DNA of 64,000 bases from Gammaproteobacteria bacterium UBA2965 (GTDB lineage: Bacteria > Pseudomonadota > Gammaproteobacteria > Pseudomonadales > Azotimanducaceae): positions 129,467-193,466 of the forward strand of contig DEBD01000037.1 in assembly GCA_002348385.1 (NCBI GenBank). Reading direction: 5' to 3'. A program made the translations under genes and the position numbers. Each line of letters starts with the position of its first letter. Position 1 is the first letter of the stretch. Positions 1 to 7,840 of the stretch are shown here, piece by piece. The notes under the pieces were generated by a model. That model had not been told where the DNA came from and ran no database searches. It saw nothing but the letters and a program-made list of their open reading frames with translations.

Positions 1-22
1 ACATCACCCGACGGACGTCTGC

Positions 23-409
23 TTGAAGTTCGCCATACTGCATCATCGCGGCTGCGCCGGCACCCGCTTCCACTACCGGATCGACCCGGACGGCGAGTGC
101 CGAGCCGCCCTGCCGGAATCGGAGCCTGGCGAGCACCCGAAGTGCATCGGAATCCTCATTGACGCGGACGCAGACGCGGCCGTGCCTTCAGATGCTCAGA
201 TGGATGCCCTGCGTACGCTCCTGCTCCAGCTCAAAGTCCGCTATCCGGACATTCAGATGGGTGGGCACCGACAGATTCGTGGCGAAGACACCACCTGCCC
301 AGGCAAGCAATTTCCACTGACAGCCATGCGCGAGTGGGCCGGCCACGACCTGGTGGTGGAACGCGATGCGTTGTTGCAGGACATCGTCGACGCCCAGTAT
401 CGCCCGTGA
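23..409 (+). CDS. N-acetylmuramoyl-L-alanine amidase family 2 (Amidase_2/PGRP domain). The frame stays open back to base 2, so the true start may lie off-window.
   Basis: Track ORF. Zinc-amidase hallmarks AILHH near the N-terminus and GHRQI...TCPG near the C-terminus. Confidence 0.7.
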   Translation: MKFAILHHRGCAGTRFHYRIDPDGECRAALPESEPGEHPKCIGILIDADADAAVPSDAQMDALRTLLLQLKVRYPDIQMGGHRQIRGEDTTCPGKQFPLTAMREWAGHDLVVERDALLQDIVDAQYRP

Positions 410-444
410 GCGCCCGCCCCTGCTGAACTAGGCTTCCTAAGCGC

Positions 445-684
445 CTACTGCTCTTTGGACAGCGCCCAGGCCGACTCCAGCTCTTCGGGCGGCGGCGGCT
501 GGTTGCTAATCCACACGCACAGTTGCGGATCGGCTTCGCGCAGCTCGCCGGAGATCCAGCGCCCATCGCGCTTGAACAGCCCTTCATTGTCGCCGTCTAC
601 CACCCGCACGGTCCCATCGGATTGCAGTTCGTATAACGCCCGCGTGAACGGATGCTTGATGGCGGGTTTCAGCTCTTCGCTCAT
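445..684 (-). CDS. Small hypothetical protein (79 aa) translationally coupled to the upstream Rieske oxygenase gene
   Basis: ATG (684-682) directly abuts the TAG stop (687-685) of the oxygenase gene. No family recognised. Confidence 0.5.
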   Translation of the reverse strand: MSEELKPAIKHPFTRALYELQSDGTVRVVDGDNEGLFKRDGRWISGELREADPQLCVWISNQPPPPEELESAWALSKEQ

Positions 685-2043
685 CTATTCGCCCTCCACC
701 CACTCGCCAAGCCTGTGATGCAGCCAGCGCACCTTGGACTCCTGGTAGTTCGCTAGGGTCACCCCGGGCTTGTACGTGGACTCCAGCCCCTGCTGCACCT
801 TGGGCATATTGAAAGCGTCCTGATCGAACACCCGGCCCAGGAAACCCAGCGCGGCCGACCAGGGCTCGTCTTCTTCGAGCCAGCGGATCTCCGCCGGCGG
901 CGGCCGCTCACCGGAAAACGGCGCCATCATAATGCACTCCATGATGGCGGAGCGGTGGTCGTTGCCGTTGGGCCGGAACCGATAGCAGATCTTGTTGAAC
1001 GCACCCCAGGGATGGAAGTTGGGAAACAGCGTGTAGTCCAGATTATCTACCATCTCCGCGTCGCAATACTCGTCAACCAAATCGCCTGCATCGGCCCGGT
1101 TGCCTTCCCGGCTACCCGCGGCCATCCAGGCTCGCGCATTCATGCCTTCGGGCAGGTCCGGCGCGGGTGCACCCTCCGGAATATCCATCATGGCCCGCAC
1201 CATATCCTGCTCGGTGAGCTCGTAATCCAGCAGCGGGCTGGCGGTGAGCGATGGGGTAATCACCCGCGCACAGTTCTCCCACACGTCCACCTGGCTGTTG
1301 ACGCAGCCCAGGCTTCTGAGAATCTGCGGATGCGTGGCGTTCACATGGTAGGCCTCGCAGAACGCTTCCTGAGCGATCTTCCAGTTGGCCGGCATGATCT
1401 TGGCCACGTGGGCCTGCTTATACATCTTGGACAGATCCCAACGCTCGAACTGTGACGCCAGGTCCTTGATGAAGTCGTCGAAGGGATCGCAATTCTGATC
1501 GGGATTGATGAACACGAATCCACCCCATGTAGCCGTCGGGATTTCCGGCAAACCGAATTCAGACGCGTTGACATGCGGAAAGTCCCAGTTAGCCGGCACG
1601 TCCACCAGATCGCCGTCCAAGCTCCAGCAGAAGCCGTGGAACGCACAGCGCAACTCTGACGCACGACCATCGAACTCCTTGAGCATCCGGCCCCGATGCA
1701 GGCAAGCGTTTGGATAGCATTTTATGGTGCCGCCTTCGGTACGCAGAACGATGAAGGAGATGCCCGCGATGTCGTAGCGGATGTGGTCGCCAGCCTCGGG
1801 TATGTCCTCTTCCCGGCACGCCATCTGCCACACGCGTTTCCACAGCCGCTCCACCTCTTTGTCGTGCCACTCCTTGGTGGTGTAACGCTCGATGGAGACA
1901 TCCGCGTCGCCCAGAAATTTGGGCGACTGCAGGCGCAGCACTTCAGGCACCTGGTGGGTGTCAGTGTCCAACAGCTCCTGATAGGTGATGCCCGGCGAGC
2001 GCACCATGTTGTCCGGATCGAGATCCTTGATCGCTTCCGCCAT
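685..2043 (-). CDS. Rieske [2Fe-2S] aromatic-ring-hydroxylating oxygenase, alpha subunit
   Basis: Rieske motif CLHRG...CAFHGFCW. SD GAGGGAA upstream of ATG 2043. Paralogous to 60047-61624. Confidence 0.9.
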   Translation of the reverse strand: MAEAIKDLDPDNMVRSPGITYQELLDTDTHQVPEVLRLQSPKFLGDADVSIERYTTKEWHDKEVERLWKRVWQMACREEDIPEAGDHIRYDIAGISFIVLRTEGGTIKCYPNACLHRGRMLKEFDGRASELRCAFHGFCWSLDGDLVDVPANWDFPHVNASEFGLPEIPTATWGGFVFINPDQNCDPFDDFIKDLASQFERWDLSKMYKQAHVAKIMPANWKIAQEAFCEAYHVNATHPQILRSLGCVNSQVDVWENCARVITPSLTASPLLDYELTEQDMVRAMMDIPEGAPAPDLPEGMNARAWMAAGSREGNRADAGDLVDEYCDAEMVDNLDYTLFPNFHPWGAFNKICYRFRPNGNDHRSAIMECIMMAPFSGERPPPAEIRWLEEDEPWSAALGFLGRVFDQDAFNMPKVQQGLESTYKPGVTLANYQESKVRWLHHRLGEWVEGE

Positions 2044-2181
2044 GTCGAATTCCCTCGTTGTTCAGCTCCAACTCGATGGTCACAGGCTAGCGCCCTTGGG
2101 GGAGAGGTCAAGTCCGCCCCTCGGGCAGGTGTCGATTTACCGGTGACTGCGGGTCGCCCTCCGGAGACGGGTATCGGCCTT

Positions 2182-2967
2182 TTAGTCGCTGACGCTGGAT
2201 TCGCGCAGGCGCTCTATCTGCTTGAGGCTCTCTTCCCGGGGCGTGGGACCCATGCCGAACTCGCAGGACTGCCCGGTGTCGCCGTCGGGGCCCTGGTTGA
2301 CGATGTGCCGGATAGCCGTGTCGACATCACCAACGACCATGCCATTGCCGAGCGCCTGTGGTGCCCACTTCTCCAGCATGGGTGTGTCTGTCGCGCCAAA
2401 GCAGATGCCGTTGACGCGGATGCCTTTGTCCTTCAGTTCCACCGCCCAGTTTTCATTGAGTCGCCACAATGCAAACTTCGCGCAGTCGTAACCTGTTGCG
2501 AAGCCGCCCGTCAGGTAGTGCCCGGGTCGCACGTGATCGGTGAGCACATTTACGATATTGGGTGCCGCAGCCTTTTCCAGCAAAGGGACTGCGGCGCAGG
2601 TGCAGAAATATGCGCCTGTCGCGCAACCACCCATCGCCGCCTCGAATGCCGCGGTCTGCGTTTCCCAATCGCTGCTGGTCAGTAACGTGTCGCCGAACAC
2701 AGCCGCATTGTTGAGCAACAGGTCGATGTGATCGATCTTGCCTTCGAGATCGTCGAAGACCGACCTGACCTGTTGCCTGTCGCCGATATCGCACTCATAA
2801 CCATGAAAAGTACCGCCTGCCGATTCGACCAGGCGGGCTGTCTGCGCATTTTCCTGCGCATCGATATCCAGGCCAACAATCGTTGCGCCTTCTCGACCAT
2901 GGCTCTCCGCGGCGCCGCGACCGATACCAACAGCACTTCCAGTAATGAACACCACATAATTCGACAT
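2182..2967 (-). CDS. Short-chain dehydrogenase/reductase (classical SDR)
   Basis: ITGSAVGIG (TGxxxGxG) and YDCAK (YxxxK). Start trimmed from the track ORF to ATG 2967, which is preceded by GGAGGGAGA. Confidence 0.85.
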   Translation of the reverse strand: MSNYVVFITGSAVGIGRGAAESHGREGATIVGLDIDAQENAQTARLVESAGGTFHGYECDIGDRQQVRSVFDDLEGKIDHIDLLLNNAAVFGDTLLTSSDWETQTAAFEAAMGGCATGAYFCTCAAVPLLEKAAAPNIVNVLTDHVRPGHYLTGGFATGYDCAKFALWRLNENWAVELKDKGIRVNGICFGATDTPMLEKWAPQALGNGMVVGDVDTAIRHIVNQGPDGDTGQSCEFGMGPTPREESLKQIERLRESSVSD

Positions 2968-3158
2968 AGCTCTCCCTCCATTTCGTTGTGTTGCAAAGAT
3001 AGCACCGGTGGTGGCGGGGCAAAACTTTTCTCTCCAGGGCCACCTCGTCCGCTGACATGCGCCCGTCAAGCAACGCGCCTGCCTTGAAATCGCGGAACGC
3101 ATCCAAACCCAGATATAGTGGGGTCAAACTTACAAAGCCGGGGTGCAGGACACACAAA

Positions 3159-3533
3159 ATGACACAAGACAGATTGCAGCGCGGAAAAGCCCGCATGAAG
3201 GAATTGTTTGGTGAAAGTCACCAACCGCCAGAGGAACTCCAAGGTGATTTCATTGATATCACGGTGGGACACCTGCTCGGCGATATCTGGACGAGACCCG
3301 GTCTCGAACTGCGCGAGCGTTCCATGATTACGTGTACTGCTCTGATCGTGCTCGGCAACCAATCTGAGCTGAAAGCGCATCTAGCCGCGGCGTTGAATGT
3401 CGGGATTACGCGCCAAGCAATCGAAGAGATGATGATTCACCTGGCGCACTACTCGGGCTGGCCCACCGCCGTAAACGGGCTGCGCATCGCACGTGAACTA
3501 TTCGCGGAACTCGACGCCAAGCCGTCGGCATAG
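3159..3533 (+). CDS. Carboxymuconolactone decarboxylase (CMD) family protein
   Basis: CMD-domain core ERSMITCTALIVLGNQSELKAHL...IEEMMIHLAHYSGWP. Start trimmed to ATG 3159. Confidence 0.85.
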   Translation: MTQDRLQRGKARMKELFGESHQPPEELQGDFIDITVGHLLGDIWTRPGLELRERSMITCTALIVLGNQSELKAHLAAALNVGITRQAIEEMMIHLAHYSGWPTAVNGLRIARELFAELDAKPSA

Positions 3534-3560
3534 CCCGGCTTGCCGGAAGTCCCCACGCTC

Positions 3561-3657
3561 AGGCCACCCGCCAGAAAGGGAACGACGGCTAGGCGCGGCC
3601 TGCTGTAGGAACCACCGTTGTATCCATCTCGTCGGGTTCCACCCCCAGACAGAGAGG
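3561..3657. repeat. Copy A of a roughly 100-bp diverged direct repeat (copy B at 5151-5252)
   Basis: Hand alignment: aagggaacgacNgctaggcgcNgcctgNtgtNggaaccacNgtNgtNtccatctcNtcNggttc...cccagacaga is shared, with a 5-nt indel at the distal end. Confidence 0.7.
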
Positions 3658-3693
3658 TACAACGGTGCGACGGTTATGGCTGGCATGGTGGGC
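3589..3693 (-). pseudogene. 3'-terminal remnant of a CMD-family gene, paralogous to the 3' end of 5184-5699
   Basis: Minus-strand translation ends ...LCLGVEPDEMDTTVVPTAGRA-stop, versus ...ICLGLEPEEMDTTVVPTPGSA-stop at 5184. An in-frame TGA at 3696-3694 cuts it off, and no CMD similarity is seen upstream of that. Confidence 0.5.
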
Positions 3694-3961
3694 TCAGATC
3701 CTCCAACACTCGCAAATGACGCAACAGGTCTTCGTAGCGAGGCTTTGGAGCGTACGCGATCCGAATCGAGAGTGCACGACTCGTTTCTTCCACGCGCCAT
3801 TCATGATGTGGTGGGCGGGGTGATCAAGTAGAATCCCGCGCGTCAGATTAAGCGCGACAAGAATGAGGCTCAAGGCATCGCCCAGATTCTGCGAATAGGC
3901 AGGTTTATGCAATCGTGAATTCCACGACTATTCAGGCCTATACCAAAGATTGAGGTGACGA

Positions 3962-4900
3962 TTGACGAACAACAGAATTCAATTGCGATATCCGAGTGAC
4001 CAATGTTTGTTCGTATTGGGATGCGACAGGTCAGGTACTACCTTGCTACAGCGCATGCTCAATGCGCACTCGAAAATCATGGTTACCTATGAGTGGAATA
4101 TTCTAAATCGGTATGAACGAGTTTTTCTTGATCATGGGCTGGAAGCACTCGCAGATGTCATCGAAGAAAGCGGTGTACTGAAAGCGCATAGCATCCTCGC
4201 GGACCAGGAACTCCGCGGCCGCGCAGACGATCAGTCATTCGCCGCAGTCATGGCGCGCTTGTTTCGCGAGCAAGCGAAAAGCCAAGGAAAGCAGTATTGG
4301 GGTGACAAGTATCCAGGATACACACGCAAGGTCGGGAGACTGGCAGAGCTCTTCCCAAACGCTTTCTTTGTTCACATTGTTCGAGATCCACGGGCGGTAG
4401 CGCTTTCTTGGGAGAAAACCCGTTGGGGGCCCAACACCGCGCCCGCTGCCGCGACCGCATGGGCTAGGCGTGTTGAACATGCCAGAGTAGCAATGCAGGA
4501 CCTGAGCGCAGAGCGTTCAATAGCCGTGCTGTATGAGGATCTGGTAAATCACCCCGAACAAACGTTGCGCAATATTTGTCGTAAGTTTGGGGTAGATTTC
4601 CAACCACAGATGCTGGAGACCTCGACTAAGACAGGGTTCAATAATCCAAATCTGGACCGGTTACATCCATTGGTGAACCTCGCGCCACAGCGCTCAGTAC
4701 TGGAAAAATGGAAGACTCAATCTCCTCGTGTCTTAACCCACATCGAAGCCCGCTGCTACGACGAAATGCAAAAATGGAACTACGTCCCTTTGAATGCAAA
4801 GCAACCGGTCGTTCCGATCGCTTGGCGCGCCTATTATCGCTTATTAGGGAGATTGCGTTCCCTGCATCGGCGCAAGCACATACCGTTCCTTAGCCGGTAA
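3962..4900 (+). CDS. Sulfotransferase family protein (PAPS-dependent)
   Basis: 5'-PSB loop LGCDRSGTTLLQRML. TTG start 4 nt after GAGGTG. Markedly lower GC than its flanks. Confidence 0.8.
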   Translation: MTNNRIQLRYPSDQCLFVLGCDRSGTTLLQRMLNAHSKIMVTYEWNILNRYERVFLDHGLEALADVIEESGVLKAHSILADQELRGRADDQSFAAVMARLFREQAKSQGKQYWGDKYPGYTRKVGRLAELFPNAFFVHIVRDPRAVALSWEKTRWGPNTAPAAATAWARRVEHARVAMQDLSAERSIAVLYEDLVNHPEQTLRNICRKFGVDFQPQMLETSTKTGFNNPNLDRLHPLVNLAPQRSVLEKWKTQSPRVLTHIEARCYDEMQKWNYVPLNAKQPVVPIAWRAYYRLLGRLRSLHRRKHIPFLSR

Positions 4901-5150
4901 ACACGTTGCACACTGCGCATGAATACGGCAAATCTTTCTCCGAAACAATTTCGCTCAGAGTTTTCGAGAATATGCGAAAGGCATGCTACCCGCGCGCAGG
5001 TCACGTGTGACGTTAAACCTCGAAACACCGGCTGAACGAGTTAACGAATCTGTTACGTGGATCGGTTGAATCTACAATCGTTCGAAGCCATCCCCCATCG
5101 CCGCCGGAACGCCAGCTCTGTAGTAGGAATTGACCTGCTCGACTGAATTC

Positions 5151-5252
5151 AGGCAGCCGAACGCTCCAACAAGGGAACGACCGCTAGGCGCTGCCTGGTG
5201 TGGGAACCACGGTAGTGTCCATCTCCTCCGGTTCGAGTCCCAGACAGATGAG
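5151..5252. repeat. Copy B of the diverged direct repeat (copy A at 3561-3657)
   Basis: Covers the last 22 or so codons plus about 30 nt of 3' flank of the CMD-like gene 5184-5699. Confidence 0.7.
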
Positions 5253-5699
5253 CACTTTGGACATGCCGAGGAAAAGCCCCACGCCCAACGCCATCTCGAC
5301 GATTTCCGCATCGCTGAAGTGCGACTTCAGCGCCTGCCTGGATCCGTGGTCCAGGCTGCCGGGCAGCCCGATAATGGCATCGGCCAGTTTGAGGACCGCG
5401 ACTTCCCGATCTGGCAGCACCGACTCGTAACCATCGGCGATGAGGTCAACCTTCTCTTCTCCCAGCCCCGCCACACGGGCGGAGTCAAAACGCACGTTTT
5501 TTCAGTAGCCGCAGTCGGTGATGCGGGCGTTGCGCATTCGGGTCATCTCTTTGAGCTCGTCGGCGACCACACCGCGCTGCCAGAACTCCGCATACAGCTC
5601 GAAGAACCGGCCGGTGGAGGCTGGTGTGTGCATCATCACCGTAGCGAACTGAGCGGGTTGATCGGGGACGGCGGAAGAGATTCTCGGTTTGGTTGACAT
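5184..5699 (-). CDS. CMD/AhpD-like protein with an in-frame TGA (5504-5502) inside its redox motif. Candidate selenoprotein (C-G-Y-U), otherwise a nonsense pseudogene.
   Basis: Track ORFs 5502-5741 and 5184-5495 are in the same frame, separated only by TGA AAA AAC. ATG 5699 lies 6 nt after GGAG. Joined product reads ...RMRNARITDCGY[TGA]KNVRFDSARVAGLGEEKV... Confidence 0.6.
5466..5484 (-). promoter_or_regulatory. Candidate bacterial SECIS-like hairpin 17 nt downstream of the TGA at 5504-5502
   Basis: Minus-strand RNA CUCCGCC-CGUGU-GGCGGGG: a 7-bp stem (one G-U pair) and a 5-nt loop containing GU. A weaker hairpin AAAAC-GUGC-GUUUU (5500-5487) precedes it. Confidence 0.4.
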
Positions 5700-5724
5700 G
5701 TTGAGCTCCGATTCCGTTTCTATT

Positions 5725-6222
5725 TCACGCCAAAGCGCCATTGCTCAGCGGCGGCGCATCCAGCACGCCGGGTTCGGCGGGCAGATCCAGCACCAACCGC
5801 AAGCGGCACGTGACGTCGAAGAAAGCAAGCGCGGTGAGCAACGACACACAGGCAGGTTCCCCAAAAGCCGCCGTCGCCACCTCCACCTGGGCGTCGGTAA
5901 CCTGATGGTGGCCGTAGGGTATTTGTTCGGCGAGCGCCAGCGCGGCTCGTTCCGGGCCGGTAAAACCTTCCACCTCGCCGGCTCGCAGGCGTTCCTGCTC
6001 GTCAGCATCGAGATTCACTTCCGCATCGCGCAGCAACCATTCTGATTCGCAATCATGAATGGCCGCAACTCGCAGTCGGCACAGCTCCAGCACGCGCCGG
6101 GGCACCAGGCCGTCCGCCCAGAAAGAGCCATAGAAGGCCCGGTAGCGCGCGAGCAGTTCCGGCCGGTGGGCCAGTGCAGCTTCCAGCGCGGTGGGTGCTT
6201 GGGTGGCGTCAATCCAGCTCAT
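5725..6222 (-). CDS. Carboxymuconolactone decarboxylase (CMD) family protein
   Basis: CMD core LELCRLRVAAIHDCESEWLL aligns with the TDCGY[TGA] segment of the downstream paralogue. Start trimmed to ATG 6222. Confidence 0.8.
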   Translation of the reverse strand: MSWIDATQAPTALEAALAHRPELLARYRAFYGSFWADGLVPRRVLELCRLRVAAIHDCESEWLLRDAEVNLDADEQERLRAGEVEGFTGPERAALALAEQIPYGHHQVTDAQVEVATAAFGEPACVSLLTALAFFDVTCRLRLVLDLPAEPGVLDAPPLSNGALA

Positions 6223-6259
6223 AAGGTGGCATCGCAAACGACGATTTCGTTTAATGGCA

Positions 6260-6303
6260 GCGCCAATAACGCTTGGCGCAAGAATGTGCTCCTTTACAGG
6301 AGC
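6260..6303. promoter_or_regulatory. Two adjacent short palindromes in a divergent intergenic region (candidate operators)
   Basis: GCGCCAA-taacgc-TTGGCGC (6260-6279) and GCTCCT-ttac-AGGAGC (6288-6303). Confidence 0.3.
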
Positions 6304-6433
6304 TAACAGTGTAGCCATTTTATGGTGCTGATTGGGATAATGTGCACTAATTCGCTGGCCGCGTGCCGGTATAACGCCCCAAGGAGAGCCAGCCATCTCT
6401 GCCACCATCTACATACATGACATCGGCGTCTAC

Positions 6434-7357
6434 GTGCCCGAGGCGCGCGTGGATAACGACGTATTCTGCAAGCTCACGGGGAAAGATCCGGAATGGTTCA
6501 TTGCCAGAACCGGCATCCATACCCGCTCTCGGGCGGGGCAGGACGAATCCACCACCTCCATGGGCTGCCAAGCCGTAGAGCAGCTGCTGGCCGCCAACCC
6601 TGAGGCTCTGGACGGAGTCGATCTGATCATCGGCTCCAGCTACACGCCTGATGACACGCTGTCCACCCTGCCCGCTCGAGTGCAGCGCCAGTTCAACATC
6701 ACCGACACCAGGGTGTACTTTCTCTCTACCGCTTGCTCGTCCTTCATCAGCGCGCTGGAGATGACGCGGTTGCTGCTGCTAAGCGGTGAGGTAGAAAAAG
6801 CCCTCATCGTGGTCTCCGAACACAACAGTTTCTACAGCGACGACGCCGACCGATTTTCCGGCCACCTGTGGGGCGACGGAGCGGCCGCCATCTTAGTGTC
6901 CATGCACCCGCAGGACGCCATGTTCTCGGTGGACTACGTAAGCTCGCGTGGCGTGGCCTGCGCCGGCAAGGGGCCTGACGCCATCTCCCTCAACCCAGCC
7001 AAAGGCAATCATGGCTTGCAGATGAGCGAGGGCCGCGACGTATTCGCACGCGCCTGTGAATATCTGGGTGATGAGATTCGCGCCGCGCTGGCCAAGCTGA
7101 AGTTGAAGCTGGCCGATATCGATTGGCTGGTACCGCATCAAGCCAACCTGCGCATTCTTACCAATGTAGCAAAGAGCCTGGGGCTACCGATGGAACGCTG
7201 CGTGGTTACCGTGGACACACTGGGCAACACAGGCTGTGCCAGCATCCCCATATCCATTCACCATGTCCTATCGCGCATCAAAGCCGGGGACATGGTGGCC
7301 GCCACCGCGTTCGGCGGCGGCTACTCCACGGGTGCCGCGATTCTTACACGAACCTGA
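6434..7357 (+). CDS. 3-oxoacyl-ACP synthase III (KAS III/FabH-like) family protein. The true start is probably upstream, near 6395.
   Basis: Cys-His-Asn contexts STACSSF, VPHQANLRI and GNTGCASIP. A conserved N-terminal strand (IYIHDIGVYVPE) is encoded upstream of the GTG at 6434. Confidence 0.85.
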   Translation: MPEARVDNDVFCKLTGKDPEWFIARTGIHTRSRAGQDESTTSMGCQAVEQLLAANPEALDGVDLIIGSSYTPDDTLSTLPARVQRQFNITDTRVYFLSTACSSFISALEMTRLLLLSGEVEKALIVVSEHNSFYSDDADRFSGHLWGDGAAAILVSMHPQDAMFSVDYVSSRGVACAGKGPDAISLNPAKGNHGLQMSEGRDVFARACEYLGDEIRAALAKLKLKLADIDWLVPHQANLRILTNVAKSLGLPMERCVVTVDTLGNTGCASIPISIHHVLSRIKAGDMVAATAFGGGYSTGAAILTRT

Positions 7358-7375
7358 CGGATCGAGGATGCGTAC

Positions 7376-7807
7376 ATGAATACAGTGGAGCTCACTCACA
7401 ACCTGGATGTTTCCGCCATTGATGCCTGGGCGGTGCTCGCCGACTTTCCCGGGTTCCTTAAGTGGGCCGGCGGGGGCCAGGGCACCATTGAGATTGAGGG
7501 CACCGGCGTGGGCATGGTTCGACACCTGAACATGCCGGGCACCGGCAAGATGGCCGAGCGGCTGGACCGCCTGGACGATGACACCACCACCATCGGCTAC
7601 TCTCTGATGTACGGCAATCCAGTCGGCATGGCCGAATACCGAGCCGTGGTGAGGTTGGAAGCCACCGAAAAGAACGCCTGCCGCATCCATTGGCACGGCG
7701 AGTTCACACCCGCCGAGGACCAACAGGCAGACGTGGTAAGGGGCAATCTGGAGGCCGCCTATCAGGGCATGGCCACGGCGCTGGCCGCATACGTCAAGGC
7801 GAGCTGA
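7376..7807 (+). CDS. SRPBCC (Bet v1-like / polyketide cyclase-dehydrase fold) family protein
   Basis: 143 aa. WAVLADFPGFLKW...YRAVVRLEA...CRIHWHGEF pattern. SD GAGGA before the ATG. Confidence 0.75.
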   Translation: MNTVELTHNLDVSAIDAWAVLADFPGFLKWAGGGQGTIEIEGTGVGMVRHLNMPGTGKMAERLDRLDDDTTTIGYSLMYGNPVGMAEYRAVVRLEATEKNACRIHWHGEFTPAEDQQADVVRGNLEAAYQGMATALAAYVKAS

Positions 7808-7840
7808 GGCGCGCAAGCGCCCATTCGATACACCACGCAT

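Noticed and set aside
3694-3912. 72-aa minus-strand ORF (HKPAYSQNLGDALSLILVALNLTRG...) in frame with the CMD 3' stump
   Set aside because: It has a TTG start without an SD and no similarity to the intact CMD paralogue upstream of the shared C-terminus. It lies in the compositionally anomalous islet and is most likely decayed sequence.
5205-5235. tRNA-like T-loop string GGTTCGAGTCC (a related string occurs in repeat copy A)
   Set aside because: Only 2 bp of T-stem can pair and there is no acceptor, D or anticodon arm. The string encodes ...LEPEE... of the CMD protein and its conservation is explained at the protein level.
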